From assembly GCF_006345805.1 (NCBI RefSeq), contig NC_043020.1, forward strand, positions 15,004,001 through 15,068,000: a stretch of DNA of 64,000 nucleotides, in the 5' to 3' direction. The notes beneath the pieces are model-generated. The model saw only the letters and a program-made list of their open reading frames with translations, ran no database searches and was not told where the DNA came from. Below are positions 41,101-54,400 of this stretch, piece by piece. Both the position numbers and the translations under genes were made by a program. How positions within the stretch are numbered: position 1 is the first letter of the stretch; each line of letters begins with the position of its first letter. The stretch is from Octopus sinensis. Lineage: Eukaryota.

Positions 41101-44100
41101 AAATGTTTCTCCTGCAGCTGCCTTACTAGGAAGATGGTATCAATTGTGCTTTGCACAAAACCAAACTGCTTCTCATCTAGGTTAACTCTCTCCCTAATCT
41201 GTTAAGCTATGACCTTTACTGTAACTTTCGTGACCTGATCCAGCCATTGTTTCATTTCACTCACACAGCAGGTATATTTTTTGTTATACCATTTGTCTAT
41301 TTTTATGTAATTTAGGAGGGTGGAGATGATGGCAGTGATGAAGACAACTCTGATGATGATGATGTTGATACCATGGTAATTATTATTATTCAGTAATATT
41401 ACTTTTATTGTGCTTTCACTGCACTATTGAGTGCAGCTCTGTGTGCCTTGGGTATCTGCTGTGGCTTGTTTTGGTGCTTTTATTTTCAGTGTATTGAAAG
41501 TCCTTTGCAGTGAAAATAACAGCATTAAAATTTTATTTATTATTATTTTCTTCTATTATTGTTGTTGCTGTAGCAACATATTGAATGGTTATTGCAGAGA
41601 GTAAATATTTCAAGGCATGCACCCACTATACATATTCTTCTGTCAGTAAATAGTTGGCATTAGTCCAGACAGATATCTACTTCGATATTATACAGACATA
41701 TGAAAAAGAAGTTGGTCTACAGAAATCAGATGGCACAGATTCAAAGAATAGCAAATTTTCAACAAACCATGTCTGGGATTCAATTCAGATTTAATTGCTG
41801 TAGCACTTTCACCTACCTCTCCTATTTTCACAGCAGGTCTTCTTACACCTGAATGCACTCAGACATGTTAAATATGACTTTCCATACTGCTTCACGCATC
41901 ACCCTACTTTTTTCAAATGGAGTATTCATGTATCTGCTCTGCAGCAAGACACCCGTTCCTGTTCCTCTATACCCCTAATCTCTCAACTGTCACAAATCCA
42001 CCCACACTACTACTCCCTTCTCCCAGTTGAGTGGCATTTTGTCTTGCAATTCACTCGGTTACCCTGTCAGTGCTGGTGCCACATATAAAGCATGGTGTTG
42101 GTGCTATGTAAAAAGCACCCTTTACACTCTGTAAAATAGTTGGCATTAGGAAGGGTGTCCAGCTATAGAAACCATGTTAAAACCAGCTCTTATTAAACCT
42201 CCAGTCCATGCCAGCATGGAAAGCAGACATTAAACGATGATTATATATATATATTGCTGTAGCAAACTGTACTTTGAGCCCATGCTTTACCTAATAAAAA
42301 TTAAATTGCTCCCTTTTCAACATCTCTTATTTCAGGAGCTATTCATTTGCCACTATCTAATATATACTTTTACTTCATGGTGTCAATGTCAGTTCTGAAG
42401 ACAACTGCTTTTACTCTACATTGAAATATTTCCTCAACTAAGTTTGTTTTCCCTCATAATTCAAATGTTTCTACCAAAGCTACATTTATTGTTATGCAGC
42501 TTGAAAATACCTTCTTAAAACTTGCAACTCTTTCTCAGAAATGTTTCATAATGTATGAGATTTATCACCCCTCCACATGTAATATTTTCAATAAATCGTT
42601 TTCTACCTTATAAAAAAAAATATACCAGATTCACATTTTAATGTAACAGTTCATTTAAATGTTATTAATGTTATGTTTTAGGCTGCCGTATTCATCAACC
42701 AAGTAACTGCTCGTCATAAATTAGAATTTTTGATTGGTGATCACTTATTACCTTACAATATGACTGTGTATCAAGCAGTGAAACAATTCAGTCTGCCGAC
42801 AGAAAAGGAAGGAAGTGAAACTGACACAGATTCAGAAAACCCATTTGGCAATGCAGGAATCTGGGTTCAAACTCACACAATATGGTTAGTAAAATTCCAC
42901 CAACCAATACATTTGACATACCTGCCAACAAATACATCAACAGTTAATGTTCTGTCATCAGAATTGTGCTGCAGTTTCTCTATTTTTAAGTGTAAAAGTA
43001 TAATAGATATGCGTAATTTTCTAATTAGTGGTCTAAGGTGAATTGTGTCTAATTGCTCATCCCAATCAATCTGATTTGACAATTGCTCAGATTAACATCA
43101 TTATCTTTTCTTTTGCTGCCTTTGGTGCAATTCACTCTGTTGTAAACAGACTTCTGCTCCTTTTTTTACCAATTCTTTTTGAACACAGATGTGTGTAGGA
43201 GGACAACAGCTGCATAATTCTTATTAATTTATAACGGCTTATAAAAGTAATGGCCACTACCTCTGAAAGTTGATCCCTTTTATATCTATTTCTTTACTAC
43301 CCACAAGGGGCTAAACACAGAGAGGAGAAACAAGCACAGACAAATGGATTAAGTCGATTATATCGACCCCAGTGCGTAACTGGTACTTATTTAATCGACC
43401 CCGAATGGATGAAAGGCAAAGTCGACCTCGGCGGAATTTGAGCACAGAACGTAACGGCAGACGAAATACCACTAAGCGTTTCGCCCGGCTTGCTAACGTT
43501 TCTGCCATCATAACTTTCACTACTTTGGGACTGCTCCATAAAGTAATGGCCACTTCACCTCCACATATCTGACATGAACTGCAACAATTGCCACCAATAT
43601 TATGGCTCTTGATTTGATATTTAACTATGGAATAAAATAAAAAAATTCTTTTAAACCTTTCTTGTAATCTGGATGGTTACTGGTCAACAAGAGACATAAA
43701 CAACATTATTTGAAATAAGGTTGTTGGTTAAATTCTGAAATTTTAGCTGTTCCATTAGTTAATTCAAGAGCTGTATGTTGGAAACATTATAGTATATGGC
43801 AAACCTGAACTAAATATATTTCATGTCGATGCCACTTCACAATAGGACTAGTTTCAGTCTGTTTCAACTTTTACATTATTTGTTTTTCCTACTTCTGATG
43901 AAAATTAATTCCAGCTGTATTACACTTAACTTTTTTATTCCTGAATAAATCTAATGTCATAGAATTTTACTTGCTTTAGGTATCGGCCTGCTTCTGAACA
44001 AGAAGATGCTGTTGCTGCCACAAGTCCAAAGAAAACTAGAGCCGAGACGAAAAGCTGTAAATCGTCTGGAAGAAGTCGACGGGGTGATGAGCTGTGGAAT

Positions 44101-45108
44101 GGTAAAATTGTCACATTATTTTCATAACTTTTTACTTCAGGAGAAACTTTTATTTACATATTGCTCTGTATCTTTGTGCATCAGTTGCTTTCACATTAAT
44201 GTCCCTATTAAAATTTATCTACCTGATTAATGGAAATCTGCTGTTGCAGGTAATGATGATGGGACAGATCAAAGGTGCTTTTTATAACAAACTGTCAACT
44301 TGTAGCATGAAAAATGTTAGAGAGTGATAAGAAGGAAGATAAGTTATCTCTGTATTTTGAAACTTCGAATAGAAATTAGATTTTATTAAAATGTTAGATT
44401 CCACATAAAAAGCACTAGTGGTGGTGTCACGTAAAAAGCACCCAGTACACACTGTAAAGTGGTTGGCATTAGGAAGGGCATCCAGTTGTAGAAACCATGC
44501 CAAAACAGATGGGGGAGCCTGATGCTGCCCCTGACCTTGCCAATTCCTGTCAAGCTCTCCAACCCATTCCAGTATGGAAAACACTTTTGATAATGATGTT
44601 TCTAAGTCTCAGACTTCTAATTTTCTTTTTTTTTTTTTTTCTTTTATACTAGTGTCTAAATGTTTTATTGATGAATTTTTTTTCCTTCATTTATTTATCC
44701 GTCTTCAAAATCGATGGCTTTCTAGTTTCATAATTATTTATGAATTGAAATTGAATTACATTGAAATGTGTATTTTCTTTTGTTTTACAAGTGGATCTTA
44801 AAAACCTGAAATTTCCATAAATTTTGTTTTGTGAAATAAATCTAGAATTGAGTCATTCTTCCTTTTGTGAACTGAATGCAATTTTGTAATGGTTGTTTTC
44901 ATTCCAGATGGTCTTTGTCCCAAGATAGTGCCTGCTTTGAATGCATACCTCACTGACAAGTTACCTGCCTTTGTTACTGTACAAGATCTTTCTTTAGATG
45001 TAATTACACTGCTGAGAGTGCTCCATGCCTTCAATAGATACTGGTCAACCATGTATGAAGTAAGTTAATCACCAATTGTTTCATTTTGGCTATATACATA
45101 ATCCTCCC

Positions 45109-45142
<34 letters not shown>

Positions 45143-45378
45143 CACACCTTTAGTTAGAGACTATAGTGTGAAGCTCTAGCTTCATTACTCTTTTACTTGT
45201 TTCAGTCATTTGACTGCGGCCATGCTGGAGCACTGCCTTTAATCGAGCAAATCGACCCCAGGACTTATTCTTTTGTAAGCCCAGTACTTAATCTATCGGT
45301 CTCTTTTGCTGAACTGCTAAGTAACGGGGACATAAACACACCAGCATCGGTTGTCAAGCAATGCTAGGAGGACAAACA

Positions 45379-45415
<37 letters not shown>

Positions 45416-48400
45416 GACGGGCTTCTTCCAGTTTCCGTCTGCCAAATCCACTCACAAGGCTTTGGTCGGCCCGAGGCTATAGAAGACACTCGCCCAAGGT
45501 GCCACGCAGTGGGACTGAACCCGGAACCATGTGGTTGGTAAACAAGCTACTTACCACACAGCCACTCCTGCGTCATAGTTTAATAATTACTAGTTATATT
45601 TGTATTAGCATATGACAGCGAGCTGGTAGAATTCTTAGTATGCAAAATGCTTAGTGGAATTTCATTTGTGTTTACATTCTAAATTCAAATGCTGCCAGAG
45701 TTGACTTTTACCTTCCATCCTTTCAGTGTTGATAAAATAAGTACCTTTTGAGCACATGTCGGTGTAAGATTTAGTTCCTCTCTCGAAATTGCTAGCCTTG
45801 TGCTAAAACTTGAAACCAGTATTAGTGTTAGCATAATGTAAGATGTAGTATTATGATTATATCTTGTTTCTACTGAGGGATAAAATAAATACTCCTGTCG
45901 TTTACATTCATCCTCCTCCCTCTACAAACACGCTGATGTTACTAGTAAAAGTTAAGTGTTATACAATCAACTATTAGAAAAGAAACTGATATAAAAATAC
46001 ATGAAGACAAAGCTTATTTCTATGTCAATATAAGTTAAAATGGTGTTTGTCAACTTATACAATTGAACTATTTTTATTGTTAAATGATCATCATTGATTA
46101 ATTTAAATGGTAATGACATTCATCGAACAGCAAGCTGATTATTTTAAAAAGATGCAAGAGAATTGTTGTTTGATTGGTAATTAAACGGCTAGCACTGGTG
46201 ATGGTGCCACATAAAAAGCATGCAGTACACTCTGTAAAGTGGTTAGCATCAGGAAGAGCATCCAGCTTTAGAAACCTAGCCAAATCAGACTATAGAACCT
46301 GGTGTAGCCCTGGCCTTGCCAGTTTGTCAAGCTTTGCAACCCATGCTTGCATGGAAAATAGATGTTAAATGATGATGATGATAATGATGCTCTGCAAAAT
46401 CTGAAACAGTTATTTGCATATTTATTCTTACTGTGTCCAGGCTGCAGATGCAAAATATTCTGCTCACTAATGTACAACATAGCACAAATTCTCCTTTTAA
46501 CAACGAAAGGATTTTGGGACCTTTGAGCTCGAACAAAACAGCTAGCTTTGTTCATTCTTTCAGTGGACAATTTGTTTGATGATTATGGAAGGCAGACATC
46601 AAATGATTGTAAATGGCTATAAGGTTTAAAATTTAGTAAATGAGTTGCTGGTGGCACCGATCGTGGCCGTTATCAGCCTCGCCTGGCCTCTGTGACGGTG
46701 GCATGTAAAAAGCACCATCTGATCATGGCCGTTTGCCAGCCTCGTCTGGCACCTTTGCCGGTGGCATGTAAAAAGCACCCACTACACTCGTGGAGTGGTT
46801 GGCGTTAGGAAGGGCATCCAGAAACATTGCCAGATCAGACTGGGCCTGGTGCACCTTCTGGCTTCCCAGACCCCAGTTGAACTGTCCAACCCGTGCCAGC
46901 ATGGAAAGCGGATGCTAAACGATGATGATGAAAGTATATTTTACTGTAATCTCAGTTTGAAGAAAGAAAAGCAGGAGGGGTCTCAGTTGGTATGCTATTT
47001 ATGATATATACATCTAGAAAAAATAGTGTCATGGGAATGAAAGATCTCCAAAAATCTTAAATGGAATTCAAAACATTGGTCATCACTGATATGCTGTATT
47101 TTATCTTCTCATTAAAAACTGGAATTTTTTTTTATTTTTCTATTTAAAAAATTTTTTTTGCTGTATTAAATGCATTTTTATATTTATCTTTATCTTCAGG
47201 AGTCTTCCCAACTATCTCCAATCCTTTCTCCAACTGAATTCATTAGTTCAAAACTCACTGCCAAAGCTAACAGACAGTTACAGGATCCATTAGTCATAAT
47301 GACTGGTAATCTTCCTGTTTGGTTGGCTGAAATAGCTGCAGCAGCGTAAGTTGAAGTTTGTGTATTTTTACCTCATAAATTATTTTAGAGATTAAAAAAT
47401 ATTGGATAAGAATATGAAGACGGTCTCTTTTCGTTTGTATACAAAAATACTAATAAAAATCAAAAATCGTTGAAAGCAATGCACTACACTATGTAATAGT
47501 AGTGATTATTTTCTTCTATTGTAAAGCCCAGTTGCATGGATGTTTCCTTTGATAATAAATATGTTGCTTGTGCGAGTTTTGAATTGATTGCAGTTAATTC
47601 CTGATGCTAGCAGAACAGTTAAAATTTCAAATGAATAAAAAAAAAATGTTAAAGAGAAAATATGAATAAAGATAGATTTAAATGTAGATGAAAACTTTTT
47701 ATATAGCAACATAGTGGAAGTATGTGAGCATAATTGGAAACTAATGGGGATAATAATAATGATAATGAAATTATTGTGTACAGTGCTCAGGTGCACCACA
47801 ACTTGTCAAAAAGTGCGTATAAAGCATATGCAGTAATGTATAAATGTCTGGAAAGCGAACAATGTATGAGTCAGATACATGCTTGCGTGTGTATGGAGGG
47901 GAGAAAATCAGGTGTAGTGTTGGGGAATCTCAGGAAGCATGGAAGTTTTGAAAGATGCAGTGCGCCGACAACTAACAACTGATGCTGGCAGTTTGTTCCA
48001 TGCTTCAGCAACTCTCAGCGTGAAAAAAATGTTTCTGAAAGTCATGGGAGCTGTGCTGTTTTCTGACTTTGTAAACATGTCCACGGGTGTTAGACAGATG
48101 GAGTTTAAAAAGGTGCTCAGAGTTATTGTTAGTAAGATGGTTAATAATTTTATGGGTGTCTGCCAAGTCAGCTGCCAGACGTCGGAGTTTCAATGATAGA
48201 TAAATAGAAGCTAGGAATAAACCAGTATGTATTTGTGGTGGAACTGTCAACCATGTCTGTCTGTCTGCAGTAAGTGAAGACTTACTAGAAATCTAAACAA
48301 CTCTTTCTGAAAGATATTAACAGCTGCTGAGTATTTCTGATGTTGTTATAAGGTTACACTTACAATTTCCAAAAGAAACAGTTCTTTTAGATTTTCAAGT

Positions 48401-51400
48401 GAAGCAGGGGCTCCTTTGAAGGTTAATTTGTATTTTATGTGGTTTACTTTTCAAAGCTTTGTTTTAAATCCTCTATAAGAGTAAAGACCCTGTTCTGTCA
48501 TGAATGACCATTGGTTTGCACCTTCAAAGTTCCCCTCCAAGGCAAAAGTCTGGGCAAAGTTGTTTATGGAAGACCAGCAGTCACCCATGCATACCAGCCT
48601 CCCCACTCCAAGTTACCAAGGTTGTCCAAGGAGAAGGCAAAGGCTGATACAGCTTAGCACCAGTGATGTTGTGATCATTTCTACAGCTGAGCGAACTAGA
48701 GCACCGGGAAATAGTGTCTTGCTCAAGAATGTAATACATAGTCCAGTTCAGGAATTGAACTCACTATTTCATGACTGTGAGCCTGACTCTGTAACCACTG
48801 AGCCATGCACTTCGGGAATTTGGCCTATGATTGTAAGGTCCTAGTGTTGCATTGTGTTCTTGAGCAAGACACTATATGTTGCTCCAGTCAATCCAGCTGG
48901 TAAAAATGAGTAGTATCTGTATTGCAATGTGCCAGACTTGTCACATTCTGCATCACACTGAATTTCCCTGAGAACTAGGTTAAAGTTATGTATGTCTGTG
49001 GAGTTCTCGGCTACTTGCATGTTAATTTTATGAGCAGGCTGTTCTAATGATCAGCTCAACTGGAACACTTGTTCTTGTAACTGACGGAGTGCCAACTATA
49101 GTCAAGATTAATTGCAATAGTTGCAATAAAGACTTAACCTTATTTTAATACATGTGAATAATTCTGACTGGTTTTGGGATTAACTTTCAAACTTTGTAGC
49201 AGTTTTGTTTCATTATTTTTTCATTTATATTTGATTAATTTTTCTTTTTCTTTTTTTTTTTTAGACCATTCCTTTTTCCCTTTGATACTCGCCAAATGCT
49301 TTTCTATGCTACATCATTTGATCGTGACCGAGCAATGATGAGGTTACAAGATAACAATACTGATTCTACAACAACAGACACAACTGACCGAGTTGCTCCC
49401 CGACTGGAACGGAAAAGGGTCAGTTTCTGAATTTTCCACCTTTATGATTTTATGTTTCTCTATAATTTTGAACAAAAATTTCATCTTTGAATAAACTTCC
49501 CCATTATTCTGTTGGCCACCATAGATATGCTGTAACTTGATGTCACCTGCCTCTGAGACACTTGAATTTTTCTCTCTGACTCATTAGCCTTCACATTTGG
49601 AGTCATTTTTCATTTTCTAACTTCTGAACTAAATTGGAATCCTATTTTAAGAGAAATTTTGATTAGTTAACCTTTTCGTTACTGTATTTATTTTGAGATG
49701 CTCTGTGTTTCTTTCAATAACTTCAAATATAACAAAGAATTTAGTAAAATAACTTAGTTATCATTCAGCTAATGTTAGGAACATAAATTGTGACTAAGGT
49801 TTGGTGGAAAATTTTAATTCAAAACTTATGAAAACAAGACTTTTGTACTCAGAGCCAGAGCCGGTTTCAGCCGGGTTGGTAACAAAAGGGTTCCAGTCTC
49901 TCTTGTTATTTCCGTTCTTCAATGTTTTTTCTTTCTTTTGTTACTAACAGCGTACAGTCAGTCGAGTGGATATCTTAAAACAAGCAGAGAAACTCATGGA
50001 TGAGCTGGCTTCCACAAAAGGATTATTGGAAATACAGTATGAGAATGAAGTAAATATTGTGTTTTTTTTAAGCTTTTTTCTTTGTAAATAACCAGAGGTA
50101 TTGAAGTTGAGGTTTTATAATATCTTCTTTAATTCCAGGTTGGTACAGGATTGGGACCCACATTAGAATTCTATGCATTAATTTCTAAAGAAGTACAAAG
50201 AGCAGATCTTGATATGTGGCGAGGCGACATTGTGAAACAGATGGATTTTTCTGGTAAGTTCAAAGTAAAAGAACTTTAGTTCATGTTATAGTTTTATTGG
50301 AATCATTGGCTAAATTGGTTGGTTTTATATTCCAACAATATTGCAATGGACTCTCTTTGTAATTATTCACTCTGTCATTTTTCTGTCACAATGTTTTTTT
50401 CCGTTTTGAAGGTAGTAGAGTATGGTTTGAAATATTTGGCTACTAATTTTGCTGGTTGATCAGTTATGTATAAGCGTCATCATTATCTCCTGATTTTGTC
50501 ATCACATCACATCAATATCTTTTCTCCAGTCACAACTGTATAATTTTTTCCACCTTAAATCAATCATCAAAAACCCCTGACTTAAAAGTAACATCTGCTA
50601 AATCTGTTGTCTTCTTTCTTACAATCAGCTACTGACAACACTAAATACAGTCAACCATCACATACACAGAAGAGAAAAATACTCGGAGCTCTTTACAACA
50701 ATTCTATAACATTTACAGTACACATACAAATCAGTAAAGAAAATAAAATGATGTACATTCAGTGGTATTACATTTAGCTACTCAAGGAGACCTGCCCACC
50801 ACAACAGAATTGAGATCCTAAAGTCAAAGTACCACATAAAAAGCATGGGTGCTGATGCCATGTAAAGAGACACTGGTGTTTGTGCCATGTAAAAAGGACT
50901 GGCACTGGTACTCTTACTCTTTTACTTGTTTCAGTCATTTGACTGCGGCCATGCTGGAGCACCGCCTTTAGTCGAGCAAATCGACCCCGAGACTTATTCT
51001 TTGTAAGCCCAGTACTTATTCTATCGGTCTCTTTTGCCGAACCGCTAAGTGACGGGGACGTAAACACACCAGCATCGGTTGTCAAGCAATGCTAGGGGGA
51101 CAAACACACACACACACACACACATATACACACGACAGGCTTCTTTCAGTTTCCGTCTACCAAACCCACTCACAAGGCATTGGTCGGCCTGGGGCTATAG
51201 CAGAAGACACTTGCCCAAGATGCCACGCATCTTAGGAAAAAAAAAAAAGCACCCAGTACATTCTGTAAAGTGGTTGTTGTTTGGAAGGGCATCCAGTTGC
51301 AGAAACCAAACCAGAACAGACTATGGAACCTGGTGTGGCCCCTGTCTTGTCAGTTAAATGCTGATGAAAAAATATCTCCTCTAGTGTACATATGTAAGAT

Positions 51401-54400
51401 TCATCATGTGTTATTCTAGTATTGGCTGGGTTCTTAATCTCGCTGCAACAAAGAACTCAAAATTATACATTGGACATCATCCCAGGCATTGCACAGATCA
51501 TGTCTAGAGACTACAAAGAAACCAAAATAGTCAAAATGGAAAGCATCTGAATATGCATGGAGCATAGTTTGTTGCTCCGCCTTCACAGCAGTTGCCGGTG
51601 TGTGGACTCCCAAACATTGTAACATTTCTTGAACACTGTCCCACCAGTTCAATCAACTACATGCAATTTGGTCATTTGCTTGGTAGAAGTACTGTGTGTG
51701 TGTGTTTCTGTATAAGAGATGATACAGAAAAAATAATGGTCAGGTTATGAACTTAATAAGATGCAGTGGACTCTTAGTTGAGTGTCTGAATAACATCCTA
51801 TAGTATCATTTGAGGAAAAAGAATTGCTTTTTTGAAATTACACACTCACTTACACATATGCATACATATAAATAATTTATAAAACAAAATGAAATGAACA
51901 GGTTTTAATTACAAATCACCCCCAATTGTTTCTGTGCATTGATAACAGCTATTAGTTGCTGAGTTTTCTATATCATACTATTTGCATAAAATATATAAAT
52001 AATTACATAAATATGATCTGGCAGCAGTTGTGTACCAGCACATCATCAGTTGAATGGCTGTAATATTACTGTTGTAGATGCCGGCCTCGCCTTACTGGCA
52101 CTTGTGCCCCGTGCTAGTAGGATGCTAAGAGCACCATCTGAGCGTGATCGTTGCCAGAGCAGCTAACTGGCTTCTGTGCTGGTGGCATGTAGGAGGCACC
52201 ATTCGAGCGGGATCGTTACCAGCATCGCCTTACTGGCACCTGTGCCATTGGCATGTGTAAAAAATTCGAGCGAGGTCGTTGCTTGTACCGCCTGACTGGC
52301 CCAAAAATTCGAGCACGGTCGTTGCCAGTACGCCTGACTGGCCCCTGTGCCGGTGGCACGTAAAAGCACCCACTACACTCTCGGAGTGTTTGGCGTTAGG
52401 AAGAGCATCCAGCTGTAGAAACTCTGCCAGATCAAGACTGGAGCTTGGTGCAGCCATCTGGTTCGCTAGCCCACAGTCAAACTGTCCAACCCATGCTAGC
52501 ATGGAAAGCAGACGTTAAATGACGATAATGATGATGATATATATACATAGAACTGTAGATACACTCTAATTGTTGAACTTACTACTTAACTCCAATAAGT
52601 TGTTTCGATTAGGGCCAACTTAATTTTACTCTCCTTGGTGATCTGGTAGAATTGAATACCTTATCTAATGATTTTAGTTTATTTACAGTTCTATAGATAA
52701 ATGAGGTCGAAGGAAGGATTAACTTGATTTGTTTTTTTTTTTTTTGTTTTTTTTTTAATCAGGTTCAGGAAGTGATGTTGAGTATATTACATCTCCTTGT
52801 GGTTTGTTTCCTTCTCCACTTGCTCGTAACACCAAAGCTGCTGTTGTCAACAAAATCAAAGCCAAATTTAAATTCTTTGGAAAATTCTTAGCTAAAGCAT
52901 TGATGGATTCAAGAATGGTAAGTGTCTATAGACTTTGAAGCCTTCCCGGGGAAAATGAGGTTGGGCATTCATCTTCTGAACATTGTCAGACACGAAAGAG
53001 ATGCCAGAGGGTTGCAATTCAGGGATGAAAGAGTTGTGGAAATGAAGAGTTTGGTGATGTAGCTGGAACTTATTGTCCTTGGTTATGACATTTGGTGTTT
53101 GGTAGAATAGACACCAGTCACAAAACTTAGAGAGAGAGAAAATGTTATGCACCCAATGACAGTTGACTAATCCTTTCGTTACCGTATTTATTTTGAGCTG
53201 CTCTGTGTTTCTTTCAATTATTTTAAATATAACAAAGAATTTAGTAAAATAACTTAGTTATCATTCAGCTAGTGTTAGGAACATAAATTGTGACTAAGGT
53301 TTGGTGGAAGATTTTGATTAAAACTTATGAAATCAAGACATTTGTATTACAGAGCCGGTTTCAGCCGGGTTGGTAACGAAAGGGCTAAAGTCCTTTTATT
53401 AGTTCTCCAGTTTAGCCCATGTGTTAATAAGGGGTTTGTTGTTATAGCAACTTTAACCCTTTAGCATTCAGATTATAAATTCAAATGTAGTGCTTTTTCA
53501 TTTTCATTACTTTTAATTATGCATTATCTTGTAATTTCAAGATTCTGATGATGTGATCATATATTTTTAGAATGATATTGAAGTGTAGGTGTGATAGGCG
53601 GTGCCCCAGCATGGCCACAGCTCGTGAGCTGAAACTAGATAAAATAAAATAAAATAAAAATAGGCTGGATATGACTGGTTTGAACATATTTGGGCCAGAT
53701 ATGGCTGGTTTAAACGCTAAAGGGTTAATGACATTGATTTACCTATCTCCTTTGTTTAGTAGGTTTCATTCAGTTAAGTGTAATCTGGTTTCAATATGGG
53801 ATCTTTCTGTGGCAGTTGTAGAAGCTGTACCTCCCTTGATATTATTTGCAGTGTATGTCAGTCTCAGAGTTTATATTGAAATACTCTAATAAAGAGAGGG
53901 GGAAAATCACATGGAAGATGAATAGATTCAAAAGTGAGATATTTTTTCAAAGAACTATGAAGCGAAGTAGGAAGAAACTGAATTAAAGAATGGCTAAATT
54001 GAATCCTGAGTGAACTCTTCCAGATCCTTCTGTCACGATAATCTCCCATTCACCTACTTGGGCACGTTACCTCAAGGGTATATCATCTCTTTCTTGTACT
54101 ACTCCATCCACTCCCACCCATATCACAGGATAGACCTATTCTTACTCAACCCACCCCAATGTCCTTTTTACTCTCTGACTTGGACTCTCTAATCCCTAAT
54201 GCTACTCTTTCTCTTTCCCTACGCTAATACTATCCAAGTTTTTCCACTAACACCTTTTCTTGTGAAAGGTAGGAGAGTCCAGTTTGCTGGACATTGTTGT
54301 AGAGCTGAAAACGAAGCAATTTCTACTCTTCTCCTCTGGAAGCCATCTACTCGCGATACCAGAGGGCGCACACTCTCCTTCCCTGATGTAATCTCCAGGG

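Noticed and set aside
44250-44274. Possible micro-exon ttgcag|GTAATG...AAAG|gtgctt
   Set aside because: It is 25 nt, not frame-preserving, and has a weak donor.
45480-45572. tRNA-like A/B box sequences (also at 25508, 43430-43507, 48740-48813)
   Set aside because: They continue into dispersed repeat bodies and lack a full cloverleaf, so they are SINE heads, not tRNA genes.
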